IMG/VR virus record: IMGVR_UViG_3300028394_000037
Length of the DNA stretch: 64,000 nucleotides
Source: a virus
Reading direction: 5' to 3' (one strand)
The translations under genes and the position numbers were made by a program. The notes beneath the pieces are model-generated. The model searched no databases and was not told where the DNA came from. It saw nothing but the letters and a program-made list of their open reading frames with translations. The first letter of the stretch is position 1, and each line of letters starts with the position of its first letter. Shown in pieces: positions 1 through 8,671 of this stretch.

Positions 1-492
1 CGGATCATCTAATTTTATATCAAAAATTGGTTTATATCCTAGAATTCTATTTAAAATTAACATTGATTCTATTGATATATTTCCTTGAAGATGTTCTTTA
101 AAAATTAGTGGATGTTTTTTTCCACTAATTAAAAACATTTTATCAAAATTCTTTGCCTCAAAAACCTTCTCAATTTCTTCTTTAAAAATATAAGAAAGGG
201 ATTGAACTTTTCTTTGCCATTGTTTATATTGAGTTTCTCCATTTTTAATAATCTCACCAATCCAAAGTGATTGTGGATCATCACAAGAAACAAAACTTGC
301 AACAAAAAACTCTTCTACTTCTTTATTTGTTTTTTGCCTGGATACTTTTTCAAACCAAAAACGATCTTTACGTTTATAGAAAGAATTCAGTGATGCTCTA
401 CTTTTTCCACAATATTTGTGATAATCGTAGTTATCTTTTGTAAAATGATTTTTAAGTGCAAGATAGGTTTTATAACAATCAAATGGTATCAT
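1..492 (-). CDS. gp59: T4 gp59-like helicase loader (3' end truncated by window edge)
   Basis: Manual translation from ATG at 492: MIPFDCYKTYLALKNHFTKDNYDYHKYCGKSRASLNSFYKRKDRFWFEK..., typical gp59 N-terminus; follows gp33. Confidence 0.9.
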   Translation of the reverse strand, partial: MIPFDCYKTYLALKNHFTKDNYDYHKYCGKSRASLNSFYKRKDRFWFEKVSRQKTNKEVEEFFVASFVSCDDPQSLWIGEIIKNGETQYKQWQRKVQSLSYIFKEEIEKVFEAKNFDKMFLISGKKHPLIFKEHLQGNISIESMLILNRILGYKPIFDIKLDDP

Positions 493-552
493 TTTTCAAA
501 AAAAAGTAATATAGAGATTTTTTTCTGGAAAATTTTTCCTCCAAAAATGGAA

Positions 553-810
553 TTAAATAGGCAATTTCGCACGAGAACTCTTTTTTAAGAAATTAAGTTC
601 TGTTGCTTCATACTTAAGTTTTTCTTTTAATTGTTTTGAAAGAAGTTTTGGTACAGATTCAAGATCTATATTATTATTGTCGCAGAAATGTATAATAGCA
701 TCAATATAATTCATATCAAGATTTTTCTTGACAAGACTTTCAACTTCTTGAGTAAAGCGAGTGGAACAAAAGAATTTATTTTCTAATGCTTTTTCTAATT
801 CATTCTCCAT
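553..810 (-). CDS. gp33: Late promoter transcription co-activator gp33
   Basis: F..EVE.LV....NYIDAI..C..NNID.ESVPKL.SK.LKEKLK.EA..LNFLK pattern; probable start MENELEK at 810. Confidence 0.85.
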   Translation of the reverse strand: MENELEKALENKFFCSTRFTQEVESLVKKNLDMNYIDAIIHFCDNNNIDLESVPKLLSKQLKEKLKYEATELNFLKKSSRAKLPI

Positions 811-1480
811 TTGACCCAATATTGTGATGTACAAATTCTTTGATGTAACGAACTAACAATTTAATATACTCGTTTTTGTTTCTTTTGTCAAACACTTTAA
901 CCTCACCACCGGGAGTTACCATAATGGTAATCAACTTTTTTACAGGTATTTCTGTAAGCTCATAATATGCTGATGCATAAAACATTTCTTGCACAAAATA
1001 ATTTTCTAACCATTTTTCTGGTTTGATTTTTTCAGAAGTCTTAAAGTCAATTACTGCAAGCTCACCTTCATATTCTGCAATACAATCAACTCTTCCAGCA
1101 AGACCAAGATACTTTGAATATAAAGTTCTTTCAATTGCGTGAATATTACCTATCTTATCAAGAGATTCTTTTGCATGATGAAACATAAACTTAGAGAGGG
1201 GTTGGTAGTCATCCCAGTTTAATTCCTTGTTTTCCAAATAATCCTGACAGACTTGGTGAAAATCAGTACCTCTTGCAGTTGCCTTGCGAGTAATATTATT
1301 TGCCTTTTCTACACCCACACGCTTACGCCATTCTACAAAGATTTGACGATTATAGAAACTTGTCACAGAAGTAATAGAAGGCACCCACTGACCATCAGGA
1401 AGATGGTATAGGCGGATGCCATTCTGTTCTTTCTTTTCTAATTCAAGATCACCTAAAAAATTATGATGAATAAATGTCAT
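800..1480 (-). CDS. PD-(D/E)XK exonuclease (cyanophage exonuclease A-like)
   Basis: PSITSV, RGT.FH, GRVDCIAEY..ELAVIDFKTS, YFVQ..Y motifs. Confidence 0.85.
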   Translation of the reverse strand: MTFIHHNFLGDLELEKKEQNGIRLYHLPDGQWVPSITSVTSFYNRQIFVEWRKRVGVEKANNITRKATARGTDFHQVCQDYLENKELNWDDYQPLSKFMFHHAKESLDKIGNIHAIERTLYSKYLGLAGRVDCIAEYEGELAVIDFKTSEKIKPEKWLENYFVQEMFYASAYYELTEIPVKKLITIMVTPGGEVKVFDKRNKNEYIKLLVRYIKEFVHHNIGSNGE

Positions 1481-2238
1481 AAATTAAGTTCCATTTTTGC
1501 AATCAGATATTCTTTAATTAAACCTGAACGAATAACATCATTGACACCAAACTCAATAGTCTCAAAAGAAGGCATCGCACCAATAATTCTCATAAAATCA
1601 ATCACACCATTCTTTTCATTTTGTCTAACCAAATCACTTTGAGTAGCATCCCCACAAAAAAGAATTTTTGTATTCTCACCAACACGAGTAATGATTGAAT
1701 CTAATTCATGAAAATTTAGATTCTCAAGTTCATCTACAATAATAACACAATTATCTAAAGTTGTTCCACGAATAAATGATGTGCTCCAAAAACTAATCGT
1801 TTCTTGTGCCTTTAGATTTGCATAAAGCATTTCAAATTCTGCATCATTCGGCATTTGAAACATATACTTTACCATATTCTTATAAGGAATTTGATAAAGA
1901 GATGCCTTGTCTTCGTGAGAACCAGGAAGAAAACCAATTTCTCTGGTAGGAACAAGAGACCTTACGATGTAAATCTTCTCATATGGAGTATAATCATTCA
2001 AAACATCTTGAAGTGCTTTGAAGAGGCATAGAAAGGTCTTTCCACTACCAGCAACACCATGAGCAACTAAATGCTTACCTTCGTCATATGCTTCAAATAA
2101 CTTTCTTTGATTTTCTGTAAGTGGTTCAATATCCAAAAGCAATTCTGAACCAATTGGTTTTCTTTTTTTTGTTTGCTTTGAATTAAAACTAATCTCGTTA
2201 GATTGGTTTTGAATACTCTTTCTTCTACTTCTTGACAT
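1477..2238 (-). CDS. phoH: PhoH-family ATPase
   Basis: G.AGSGKT Walker A, IGFLPG, RGTTLDN..IIVDE, GD..QSD motifs. Confidence 0.95.
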   Translation of the reverse strand: MSRSRRKSIQNQSNEISFNSKQTKKRKPIGSELLLDIEPLTENQRKLFEAYDEGKHLVAHGVAGSGKTFLCLFKALQDVLNDYTPYEKIYIVRSLVPTREIGFLPGSHEDKASLYQIPYKNMVKYMFQMPNDAEFEMLYANLKAQETISFWSTSFIRGTTLDNCVIIVDELENLNFHELDSIITRVGENTKILFCGDATQSDLVRQNEKNGVIDFMRIIGAMPSFETIEFGVNDVIRSGLIKEYLIAKMELNL

Positions 2239-2244
2239 ATGAGT

Positions 2245-2487
2245 TTAGTAAGGTTTTACTTGCGATTTTGGTGCTTTTGATACCCTATGAAGAACATCAT
2301 TCCATCCGGGATATTTTGAAATTAATTTATCTCTCCACTCACCCAACTCTCCACCAGATGCACATCCTTGTGACCAATCTCTTTGCCATTCTGGATTGTC
2401 ATTATACCACTGAGTAATCTCATGAACACTCATTTCAACTACTAGTTTTTCACCAGTTTCTTTATTAACTATAGGATAAATTGCCAT
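2245..2487 (-). CDS. Conserved cyanophage hypothetical protein
   Basis: 80 aa ORF (YP..NKETGE...W...NP.W.RDWSQG); late promoter-like AATAAATA upstream. Confidence 0.7.
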   Translation of the reverse strand: MAIYPIVNKETGEKLVVEMSVHEITQWYNDNPEWQRDWSQGCASGGELGEWRDKLISKYPGWNDVLHRVSKAPKSQVKPY

Positions 2488-2512
2488 TTATAAAAATAAT
2501 ATACAAAAATAT

Positions 2513-3211
2513 TTATTCTATCATAATAGAGCGTTGATATTCACAAGGCTCACATTCCTCACGAGTCCATTCAAGAGCAGCAGAGATTGCAGGAAACTGA
2601 CAAGTAAAAATACAACGAATTGCTTCTGCAACTTCCATGTGCTCTCTCTGCGTCCCGTGAGCACTTCTAAGAGTGATGTAATGAATCCAGGAGCGAACAC
2701 TTCCACTCATATAAAGTCGCGTCTGAGTCGCTTGTGGAAGCACAAAACGAGCACATTCTTTTGCAACACCCTGAGCAAGAAGAAGATTGTAAATATTCAA
2801 ACTCTCTTCAAAATGCTTTTTAATCAACAAACTCATAGTTTCTTTTAAATCACTTCCAAGATCATCTGTACTATTTTGTCTATTTTTTGTATCTTGTCTC
2901 CGCAAATCAGGTACAGGAATTTCAAGTTGAAGTTCTGTACTATCTGCATACCTCTGACTGAATTGCTGAAAAGTAAAACTCCGATGACGGAGGATTTGCG
3001 TAGCAATCGCAAGCGAGGTATTAATCTCAACTGTAAGGAATGCATGTTCAAAGATGCTCCAGTGTTGATTCTTGATACAATATTTAAGCAATCCTTCAAA
3101 AGAATCATTCTCTTGATTTTTTGGATTACTCACCCGAGCACAATAAGCAATATGCCTTTCTGCATCAGGAGTAACAGAGATTAATTTTGCTAACTGAGTC
3201 ATGAAAACCAA
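2513..3211 (-). CDS. thyX: Flavin-dependent thymidylate synthase
   Basis: HWSIFEHA and RHRSFTFQQFSQRY ThyX signature. Confidence 0.96.
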   Translation of the reverse strand: MVFMTQLAKLISVTPDAERHIAYCARVSNPKNQENDSFEGLLKYCIKNQHWSIFEHAFLTVEINTSLAIATQILRHRSFTFQQFSQRYADSTELQLEIPVPDLRRQDTKNRQNSTDDLGSDLKETMSLLIKKHFEESLNIYNLLLAQGVAKECARFVLPQATQTRLYMSGSVRSWIHYITLRSAHGTQREHMEVAEAIRCIFTCQFPAISAALEWTREECEPCEYQRSIMIE

Positions 3212-3429
3212 CTTCCCTTTAATGTTTTATAAGATTGACGTAGTGATTTAGTGAGTTTTTTGATTTGCTGATATGCTTCTTCGGTTGATATTTTTCCACT
3301 GCTTGCAAGTGCAGAAATATACCCGACGTGAGTAGCATAGACACTAAGATTATTCTGTGCCGCAATATCAAGAAAGTCTCCGTCTCCACTTGGTACAGCA
3401 AAAATAAATTTTTCAGTTTCTTTTTCCAT
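3199..3429 (-). CDS. Hypothetical protein
   Basis: ORF track; probable start MEKETEK; VGYISAL..SGKIS.EEAYQQIK.L resembles a small cyanobacterial protein family. Confidence 0.6.
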   Translation of the reverse strand: MEKETEKFIFAVPSGDGDFLDIAAQNNLSVYATHVGYISALASSGKISTEEAYQQIKKLTKSLRQSYKTLKGSWFS

Positions 3430-3448
3430 AGTAGTTTTAATAGTAGTT

Positions 3449-3616
3449 TTAGTCGTCGTCATCTTCAAAAACCTCATCATAATCTTTTATGTCTCCAATA
3501 TATGGAGCATTCTTTTCATACATATAAGATTCTGGACTTGAATACACTTCTGCTTTTATAGAATCAACCAGAAGTTCCAGATTCTTAATTAGTATTTTAA
3601 GCTTGTCTTGATTCAT
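3449..3616 (-). CDS. Small acidic hypothetical protein (55 aa)
   Basis: Manual translation MNQDKLKILIKNLELLVDSIKAEVYS...DYDEVFEDDD; directly downstream of a consensus sigma70 promoter. Confidence 0.7.
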   Translation of the reverse strand: MNQDKLKILIKNLELLVDSIKAEVYSSPESYMYEKNAPYIGDIKDYDEVFEDDDD

Positions 3617-3639
3617 TTCTTTTCATCCTTAACAAAGAT

Positions 3640-3676
3640 ATTATACACAAAAAAAGAGAGGGTGTCAACCCTCTCT
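3640..3676 (-). promoter_or_regulatory. Sigma70-type promoter embedded in an intrinsic terminator hairpin
   Basis: TTGACA(3668-3663)-17 nt-TATAAT(3645-3640); -35 lies at the apex of the AGAGAGGG/CCCTCTCT hairpin, followed by a T-run. Confidence 0.85.
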
Positions 3677-4387
3677 TTAAAATTTTATAATTTTAAATAT
3701 TCCATCTTTCTCTACAATCGCAGAACAGGTATCCGTCCAGTCTCCACAACACATATAGATTGTACCATTCTGTTCACGAATATTTGCGTGATGAATATGC
3801 CCCACAATCACTCCGTCATAAGAAGCAAACTTTCTTACATAACGAATTAAATCCATTTCATAATTATCAATAAATCTCTTTCCTCTTGGAAGATCTTTCA
3901 GAAAGTTTACCAAAGAAAATCCAATAGTTTTATTCAGAAAGTTATTCAATGGAGTGATTGTCTCATATCCTTTATTCATAAAATATTGCTTCCAAGAACC
4001 AGAAGAGAACTCAGAATACATATCACCGTGAATACATAGAAACTTTTTATTTTTCTTACTGGTATGAATATACTCATCACAGATGACAAGATTATCAAAC
4101 TTAAAAGATTTATTATTCACATATTTTCTTGCCACTGCATCGTGATTACCAAGAACATAAATCACTTCGGTTCCCTTTCTACAAATATCAAGTATTTTTT
4201 CTACTGCCTTTGTATGCCTTGCTCTCCAATGCGTATTGTACTTTTCCATACAATGCACATCAAGAATATCGCCAACCATTACAAGTTTCTTGGTATCAAG
4301 TTCATTTAGAAACTTGAGAAACTTTTCAATATTACATCTGTCTGTCCCCAAATGAACATCAGAAATAAAGACTGTATCGTAAGTCAT
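3677..4387 (-). CDS. Calcineurin-like metallophosphoesterase, PlcP/LpxH-like
   Basis: ISDVHLG, VGDILD, GNHD, HGD, GHIH, GDW motifs. Confidence 0.85.
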   Translation of the reverse strand: MTYDTVFISDVHLGTDRCNIEKFLKFLNELDTKKLVMVGDILDVHCMEKYNTHWRARHTKAVEKILDICRKGTEVIYVLGNHDAVARKYVNNKSFKFDNLVICDEYIHTSKKNKKFLCIHGDMYSEFSSGSWKQYFMNKGYETITPLNNFLNKTIGFSLVNFLKDLPRGKRFIDNYEMDLIRYVRKFASYDGVIVGHIHHANIREQNGTIYMCCGDWTDTCSAIVEKDGIFKIIKF

Positions 4388-4719
4388 CGTTCTATGTAAG
4401 AGAGTGTATGATTTGTTGAGTATAACTGACGAATAATCATATCACAACCCAGTTTTGGATTGGAGTTTCCACAGGTATAGACATCTACTGCTGCCTTACA
4501 TTCTTCAGGCCAAGTATGAATACTAATATGACTTTCTGCGAGCAAACAGATTACAGTCACTCCTTGCGGATCAAATTTTTTATAAATTGTTTGAAGTACT
4601 GTAGCACCACTCAAAATTGCTGCTTCCTCTAATAATTGAAGAAGATAATGCTCGTCGTTCAAAAGAACAAACGAGCATCCATATAAATTTAATAAGTAGT
4701 GCTTACCCATCTTCGGCAT
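4384..4719 (-). CDS. speD: Pyruvoyl-dependent S-adenosylmethionine decarboxylase family proenzyme
   Basis: F.PQGVT..LLAESHISIHTWPE...AAVDVYTCG; E-S autocleavage site. Confidence 0.92.
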   Translation of the reverse strand: MPKMGKHYLLNLYGCSFVLLNDEHYLLQLLEEAAILSGATVLQTIYKKFDPQGVTVICLLAESHISIHTWPEECKAAVDVYTCGNSNPKLGCDMIIRQLYSTNHTLSYIER

Positions 4720-4885
4720 TATTTGACAATAGACTATTTACGATATTTTCATTTCCATCCATAGTCTTAATTGCAAATAATGGAGATTTCATATATTTTT
4801 TAATTTTTTTGTAATTCTTCAAAATTTTTTCAACTTCATCTTTATACACTGTTACTTTCGCAACATTATCAAATCCTTCTTTCAT
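4703..4885 (-). CDS. Hypothetical protein
   Basis: 60 aa ORF overlapping neighbours in operon fashion. Confidence 0.6.
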   Translation of the reverse strand: MKEGFDNVAKVTVYKDEVEKILKNYKKIKKYMKSPLFAIKTMDGNENIVNSLLSNNAEDG

Positions 4886-5241
4886 TTTCTTTTCTTTTTT
4901 CCTTCTGGTGCTTTATATCCCCACATTTTAGGGCTTAACTTTCCATATCCAAAATCAATCTTTTGAATTGATCCTGGACCATAATTATCATAATACATAT
5001 CAAAAAGATTTGATTTCTTTTGTGTACGACAAAGATCAATATATTCTATTTCATCAACAATATACCAAATTAAATAAGCATCTGTAGGAAAACCTAAATC
5101 TGCTGATCTTTCTAGAGTCGTTTTTTCCAATAAAATTTCACACCCATACTTAGAGGGAACAATAGATTTTTCTTCTTGTGTAGATTCTTCCATTTGTTTC
5201 TCCGAAGTATTTAAGACTAATCTCAAGAACGTCCTCCCCAA
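4882..5241 (-). CDS. Conserved cyanophage hypothetical protein
   Basis: ORF with P.DAYL..Y, FD.YYD.YG, I.FGYG...P..WG. Confidence 0.7.
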   Translation of the reverse strand: MGRTFLRLVLNTSEKQMEESTQEEKSIVPSKYGCEILLEKTTLERSADLGFPTDAYLIWYIVDEIEYIDLCRTQKKSNLFDMYYDNYGPGSIQKIDFGYGKLSPKMWGYKAPEGKKKRK

Positions 5242-5813
5242 ACAATGTCTGGATAAGATTCTGAAACAAGTTCTTTCGTAATATTATACTTGGTAGTAAG
5301 TTTTTTATCCTTTACGAGACAAAGAACTTCTGCTTCCTTTGGATGTAATCCCTGAAGAATATTGATAAACATTGTTTCTCTACGAATCGTAGAGAGTGTA
5401 TCATTTCCACCTTTCACAAAATGGTATAGGTTTTGATACTCTCTTCTTAAAGAAGTTTTTCCTCTACCTTCAAGATCTTGCTGTGTTGCAGATTCACCAC
5501 CACTTGCTTCCCGAATTAAATTATCTGAAAGATTTCCAGAATAAATGTTCTGATCCTTCAAATCACTATAAGGAACATCACCTTCTGGAAGAAGTGAAAT
5601 AATAGAGTCATCAAAATTCCAAATCAAAATAGATTTTAAAGAATCGTGTTCATAAGTTTTGAGAACTTCAATCTTCTTTTCATTTGTATTTTGACTTGAT
5701 ACTAAGTCAAGAATTTCAAATACAAATGGATTTGAAGGAAGTTTTATAATTGTTTCAGTTACTTTTCTAACTGTCCTCTTCGTCTTCGTCGTCTGAGTCA
5801 TAGTCATTTTCAA
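5223..5813 (-). CDS. Conserved T4-like cyanophage hypothetical protein
   Basis: IWNFD...SLLPEG.VPY, RRETMFINILQGLHP.EAE pattern. Confidence 0.75.
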   Translation of the reverse strand: MKMTMTQTTKTKRTVRKVTETIIKLPSNPFVFEILDLVSSQNTNEKKIEVLKTYEHDSLKSILIWNFDDSIISLLPEGDVPYSDLKDQNIYSGNLSDNLIREASGGESATQQDLEGRGKTSLRREYQNLYHFVKGGNDTLSTIRRETMFINILQGLHPKEAEVLCLVKDKKLTTKYNITKELVSESYPDIVWGGRS

Positions 5814-5994
5814 ATCGTACTGCTAAAATTTCGTCAGGAAAAATATTCCCATTTTCATCATACATTTCAGGATGGAGATTATTGATATAATTTAATTCAT
5901 AAAAATGTTGTTTCAATAACCAACCTAACATACCACCAACAAAAAAGAACATAATTGAAACTAAGGTTCCTATCGTGAGTGTTACTGCCAACAT
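5767..5994 (-). CDS. Hypothetical membrane protein
   Basis: N-terminal TM helix, HPEMYDENGN, acidic tail; probable start MLAVT. Confidence 0.65.
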   Translation of the reverse strand: MLAVTLTIGTLVSIMFFFVGGMLGWLLKQHFYELNYINNLHPEMYDENGNIFPDEILAVRFENDYDSDDEDEEDS

Positions 5995-6010
5995 TTTTTT
6001 CTCCTGAGAG

Positions 6011-6205
6011 TTACTTTTTTTTAATATCCAAATGAAAATCAAAGTGGATGTATATCTCTCGTTGAAAGAGAGAAACCATTTTCCCAAACATTAATTGAAA
6101 TGTTTTTGGTTTTTCAGGTTTCCTCCTCCTATTCCTAAGTAACAATTCAAAACCCTTGTTAATTTGGGGGCTATCTTTATTTAGATTATTTTTATCATAG
6201 TCCAT
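6011..6205 (-). CDS. Hypothetical protein
   Basis: INKGFELLLR... ORF; probable start MDYDK. Confidence 0.6.
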   Translation of the reverse strand: MDYDKNNLNKDSPQINKGFELLLRNRRRKPEKPKTFQLMFGKMVSLFQREIYIHFDFHLDIKKK

Positions 6206-6444
6206 TAGACCAAATTTTGTTCTTGTAGATATCTTACGGTATCTGAACAACCACCAAGATGCTGATTATCATTCAAAACAACCTGAGGAAACGTAGAACC
6301 TTGTCCAAACTGAGCATAAAACCCGTCACGCTCAAAGTGTTCTCCGAGATTATAAACAATATGTTCAAGATTTGCTAATTGTAGCACCTGTTTGATTTTA
6401 CTGCAATATGGGCAGCCATCTTTTGAATAAACTGTGAATTTCAT
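6205..6444 (-). CDS. nrdC: Glutaredoxin
   Basis: CPYC active site, TFPQV, GGCSD. Confidence 0.93.
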   Translation of the reverse strand: MKFTVYSKDGCPYCSKIKQVLQLANLEHIVYNLGEHFERDGFYAQFGQGSTFPQVVLNDNQHLGGCSDTVRYLQEQNLV

Positions 6445-6536
6445 ATAATTAAAATTATTGGTATAAGTAAAGTTAAAATTCCTATCACAAATCCCCCTAC
6501 TTGATAAAATAGGGGGTCTATACTGTCAGGATCCAT
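6441..6536 (-). CDS. Putative 31-aa single-TM peptide
   Basis: MDPDSIDPLFYQVGGFVIGILTLLIPIILII; ATGA overlap with glutaredoxin start; TATAAATA at 6564-6557 upstream. Confidence 0.45.
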   Translation of the reverse strand: MDPDSIDPLFYQVGGFVIGILTLLIPIILII

Positions 6537-6568
6537 AAATTTCTGTTATTGAATTTTATTTATAGGTT

Positions 6569-6688
6569 CTAACGAATCACTATAATTGAATTATGTTTTT
6601 CTGGCGTATTCGCACACATTTGTGCAAGCGAAACTCCAATACACATAAAGATAATAAAACTAATGGGAAGAGAAATCCATTCTTTCAT
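6569..6688 (-). CDS. Putative 39-aa single-TM peptide
   Basis: MKEWISLPISFIIFMCIGVSLAQM...; ATGA overlap with upstream stop. Confidence 0.4.
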   Translation of the reverse strand: MKEWISLPISFIIFMCIGVSLAQMCANTPEKHNSIIVIR

Positions 6689-6939
6689 TGAGTACAATCC
6701 CCAGTACGAGTTCTCCAGGAAATCAAAAATAAATCAATTACATTTTCTCTACAAGATTTTTTGGAAGAACCTTGCTCACCAGCCATAATGACAGTTGGAG
6801 GAACGACTATAGGAGAACCGCCGCCACCAGGAGAGTAGAATGATGGGGGATTATATTGAGAGGTTTGATACTGAGCATTAGCAATGGTTGGAGTAAAAAG
6901 AACCAACGCACTCACGACAAAAAAAGAACGCGAAATCAT
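6685..6939 (-). CDS. Hypothetical secreted protein
   Basis: Signal-peptide-like N-terminus (..ANA-Q); sigma70 promoter upstream. Confidence 0.6.
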   Translation of the reverse strand: MISRSFFVVSALVLFTPTIANAQYQTSQYNPPSFYSPGGGGSPIVVPPTVIMAGEQGSSKKSCRENVIDLFLISWRTRTGDCTQ

Positions 6940-6963
6940 GATAAAGTCTAGTTGGACAAACTC

Positions 6964-6992
6964 ATCCTATCACGAATACCTTAGTATGTCAA
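6964..6992 (-). promoter_or_regulatory. Sigma70-type promoter
   Basis: TTGACA-17-TAGGAT. Confidence 0.7.
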
Positions 6993-7010
6993 CCAAGAAT
7001 CATAAAAAAT

Positions 7011-7394
7011 TCAAGATGCATTATTTCTTCTTGGTCTATACTTATATAAATTTTCATTAGTTTTAGGTTTCATCCAATTCAGTATAGCAGTCATTCGCTC
7101 TTCTGAAAAAAAGTATTGATTATAATACCAAGTTTCCCAATCAGTATGCGCCTTAGAGCGATTACATTCTTCACAGCAACATAATACATTTGTAAGAAAA
7201 TCACTACCACCTTTACATTGTGGAACTATATGGTCAATTGTAAGTTTGTTTGTGCATCCACAATAAGCACATTTATTATTCCATTTTTCTCGAATTGACT
7301 TTCTCCACATTCGTTTTGCTTCTGATGATGAACTTGTATGTAACTGATACAAATAATCTGAAGAAGAATTGTAGAGTTCCATGTAGGAAAGCAT
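7011..7394 (-). CDS. Free-standing HNH endonuclease
   Basis: CAYCG...LTIDHIVP..KGG....N...CCEECNRSK. Confidence 0.9.
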   Translation of the reverse strand: MLSYMELYNSSSDYLYQLHTSSSSEAKRMWRKSIREKWNNKCAYCGCTNKLTIDHIVPQCKGGSDFLTNVLCCCEECNRSKAHTDWETWYYNQYFFSEERMTAILNWMKPKTNENLYKYRPRRNNAS

Positions 7395-7414
7395 CTATGA
7401 GTATTTATTTGTAT

Positions 7415-7443
7415 AAAAAAACTACCCCGAGTGGGGGTAGTTA
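7415..7443 (-). terminator. Intrinsic terminator after psbA
   Basis: AACTACCCCC/GGGGGTAGTT inverted repeat followed by a T-run on the minus strand. Confidence 0.8.
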
Positions 7444-7464
7444 AACTCATGTTATGAGTAGTTA

Positions 7465-8544
7465 TTAACCGATAGAAGGTGCAGTAAGAGCAACTTGAGT
7501 TGTCTCAGCAGCAGCAAGATCCAAGGGGAAATTGTGTGCGTTCCTTTCGTGCATAACTTCCATTCCAAGTCCTGCTTTGTTAAGAATATCAGCCCAAGTA
7601 GGAATTACTCGGTTTTGACTATCAAGCAGGGACTGATTGAAGTTGAAACCATTCAGGTTGAACGCCATAGTAGATACACCAAGAGCGGTAAACCAAATAC
7701 CCACGACGGGCCAAGCAGCAAGGAAGAAATGCAGACTACGAGAATTGTTAAACGAAGCATATTGGAAGATGAGACGACCAAAGTACCCGTGTGCCGCAAC
7801 AATGTTGTAGGTTTCTTCTTCTTGACCGAACTTGTATCCATAGTTTTGTGATTCATTTTCAGTAGTTTCACGAACCAGTGATGAGGTTACCAAACTTCCG
7901 TGCATCGCAGAGAACAATGAACCACCGAAGACACCAGCAACTCCCATCATATGAAAAGGGTGCATCAGAATGTTATGTTCTGCTTGGAAGACAAGCATAT
8001 AATTGAATGTGCCAGAAATACCAAGAGGCATAGCATCAGAGAATGAACCTTGACCGAAAGGATACACCAGGAATACAGCAGTCGCAGCAGCAACAGGTGC
8101 CGAGTATGCAACGCAAATCCAAGGACGCATACCTAAACGGTAAGAGAGTTCCCATTCACGTCCCATATAGCAGAAGATACCAATGAGAAAGTGAAATACA
8201 ACAAGTTGAAACGGACCCCCATTGTAGAGCCATTCGTCTAAACTTGCAGCTTCCCAGATAGGATACAAGTGAAGTCCAATAGCATTAGAGGAAGGAACAA
8301 CAGCACCAGAGATGATGTTATTTCCGTACATAAGTGAACCAGATACAGGTTCACGAATGCCATCAATGTCCACAGGGGGAGCACCGATGAATGCGATGAT
8401 AAAGCAAGTGGTTGCAGCAAGCAACGTTGGAATCATCAGAACACCGAACCAACCGACATAAAGACGGTTATCGGTAGAAGTCACCCAGGAGCAGAATTCG
8501 TCCCAGGCATTAAAAGTTTTGCGTGTAGCAATTGTAGCAGTCAT
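7465..8544 (-). CDS. psbA: Photosystem II D1 protein
   Basis: Full uninterrupted D1 ([35 protein letters not shown] + C-terminal extension). Confidence 0.99.
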   Translation of the reverse strand: MTATIATRKTFNAWDEFCSWVTSTDNRLYVGWFGVLMIPTLLAATTCFIIAFIGAPPVDIDGIREPVSGSLMYGNNIISGAVVPSSNAIGLHLYPIWEAASLDEWLYNGGPFQLVVFHFLIGIFCYMGREWELSYRLGMRPWICVAYSAPVAAATAVFLVYPFGQGSFSDAMPLGISGTFNYMLVFQAEHNILMHPFHMMGVAGVFGGSLFSAMHGSLVTSSLVRETTENESQNYGYKFGQEEETYNIVAAHGYFGRLIFQYASFNNSRSLHFFLAAWPVVGIWFTALGVSTMAFNLNGFNFNQSLLDSQNRVIPTWADILNKAGLGMEVMHERNAHNFPLDLAAAETTQVALTAPSIG

Positions 8545-8559
8545 TTTTCTTAAAAGGGT

Positions 8560-8665
8560 AAGTAGTAGTTCAGGAGGTGCTGAACGGTAAAAGTATTCCT
8601 ATGCAACCCTCCTGCATAGGTATGAGGACGGATTTTACTTGCCTAGTCCTGGTGCGGCAAGGTGA
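8560..8665 (-). ncRNA. Structured psbA 5' leader, PhotoRC-II-like RNA motif
   Basis: Three hairpins (CTTGCC/GGCAAG; CCTATGCA/TGCATAGG; GTTCAG/CTGAAC) with potential loop pairings AGGAC:GTCCT and GGAGG:CCTCC; lies directly upstream of phage psbA. Confidence 0.7.
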
Positions 8666-8671
8666 AGAAAA

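Noticed and set aside
800-1480. Cas4 / CRISPR-associated nuclease
   Set aside because: No Fe-S cysteine cluster; this is the exonuclease normally found between phoH and gp33 in cyanomyoviruses.
7011-7394. IscB/HEARO-type RNA-guided nuclease
   Set aside because: 127 aa, HNH only, no RuvC segments and no room for a large associated RNA.
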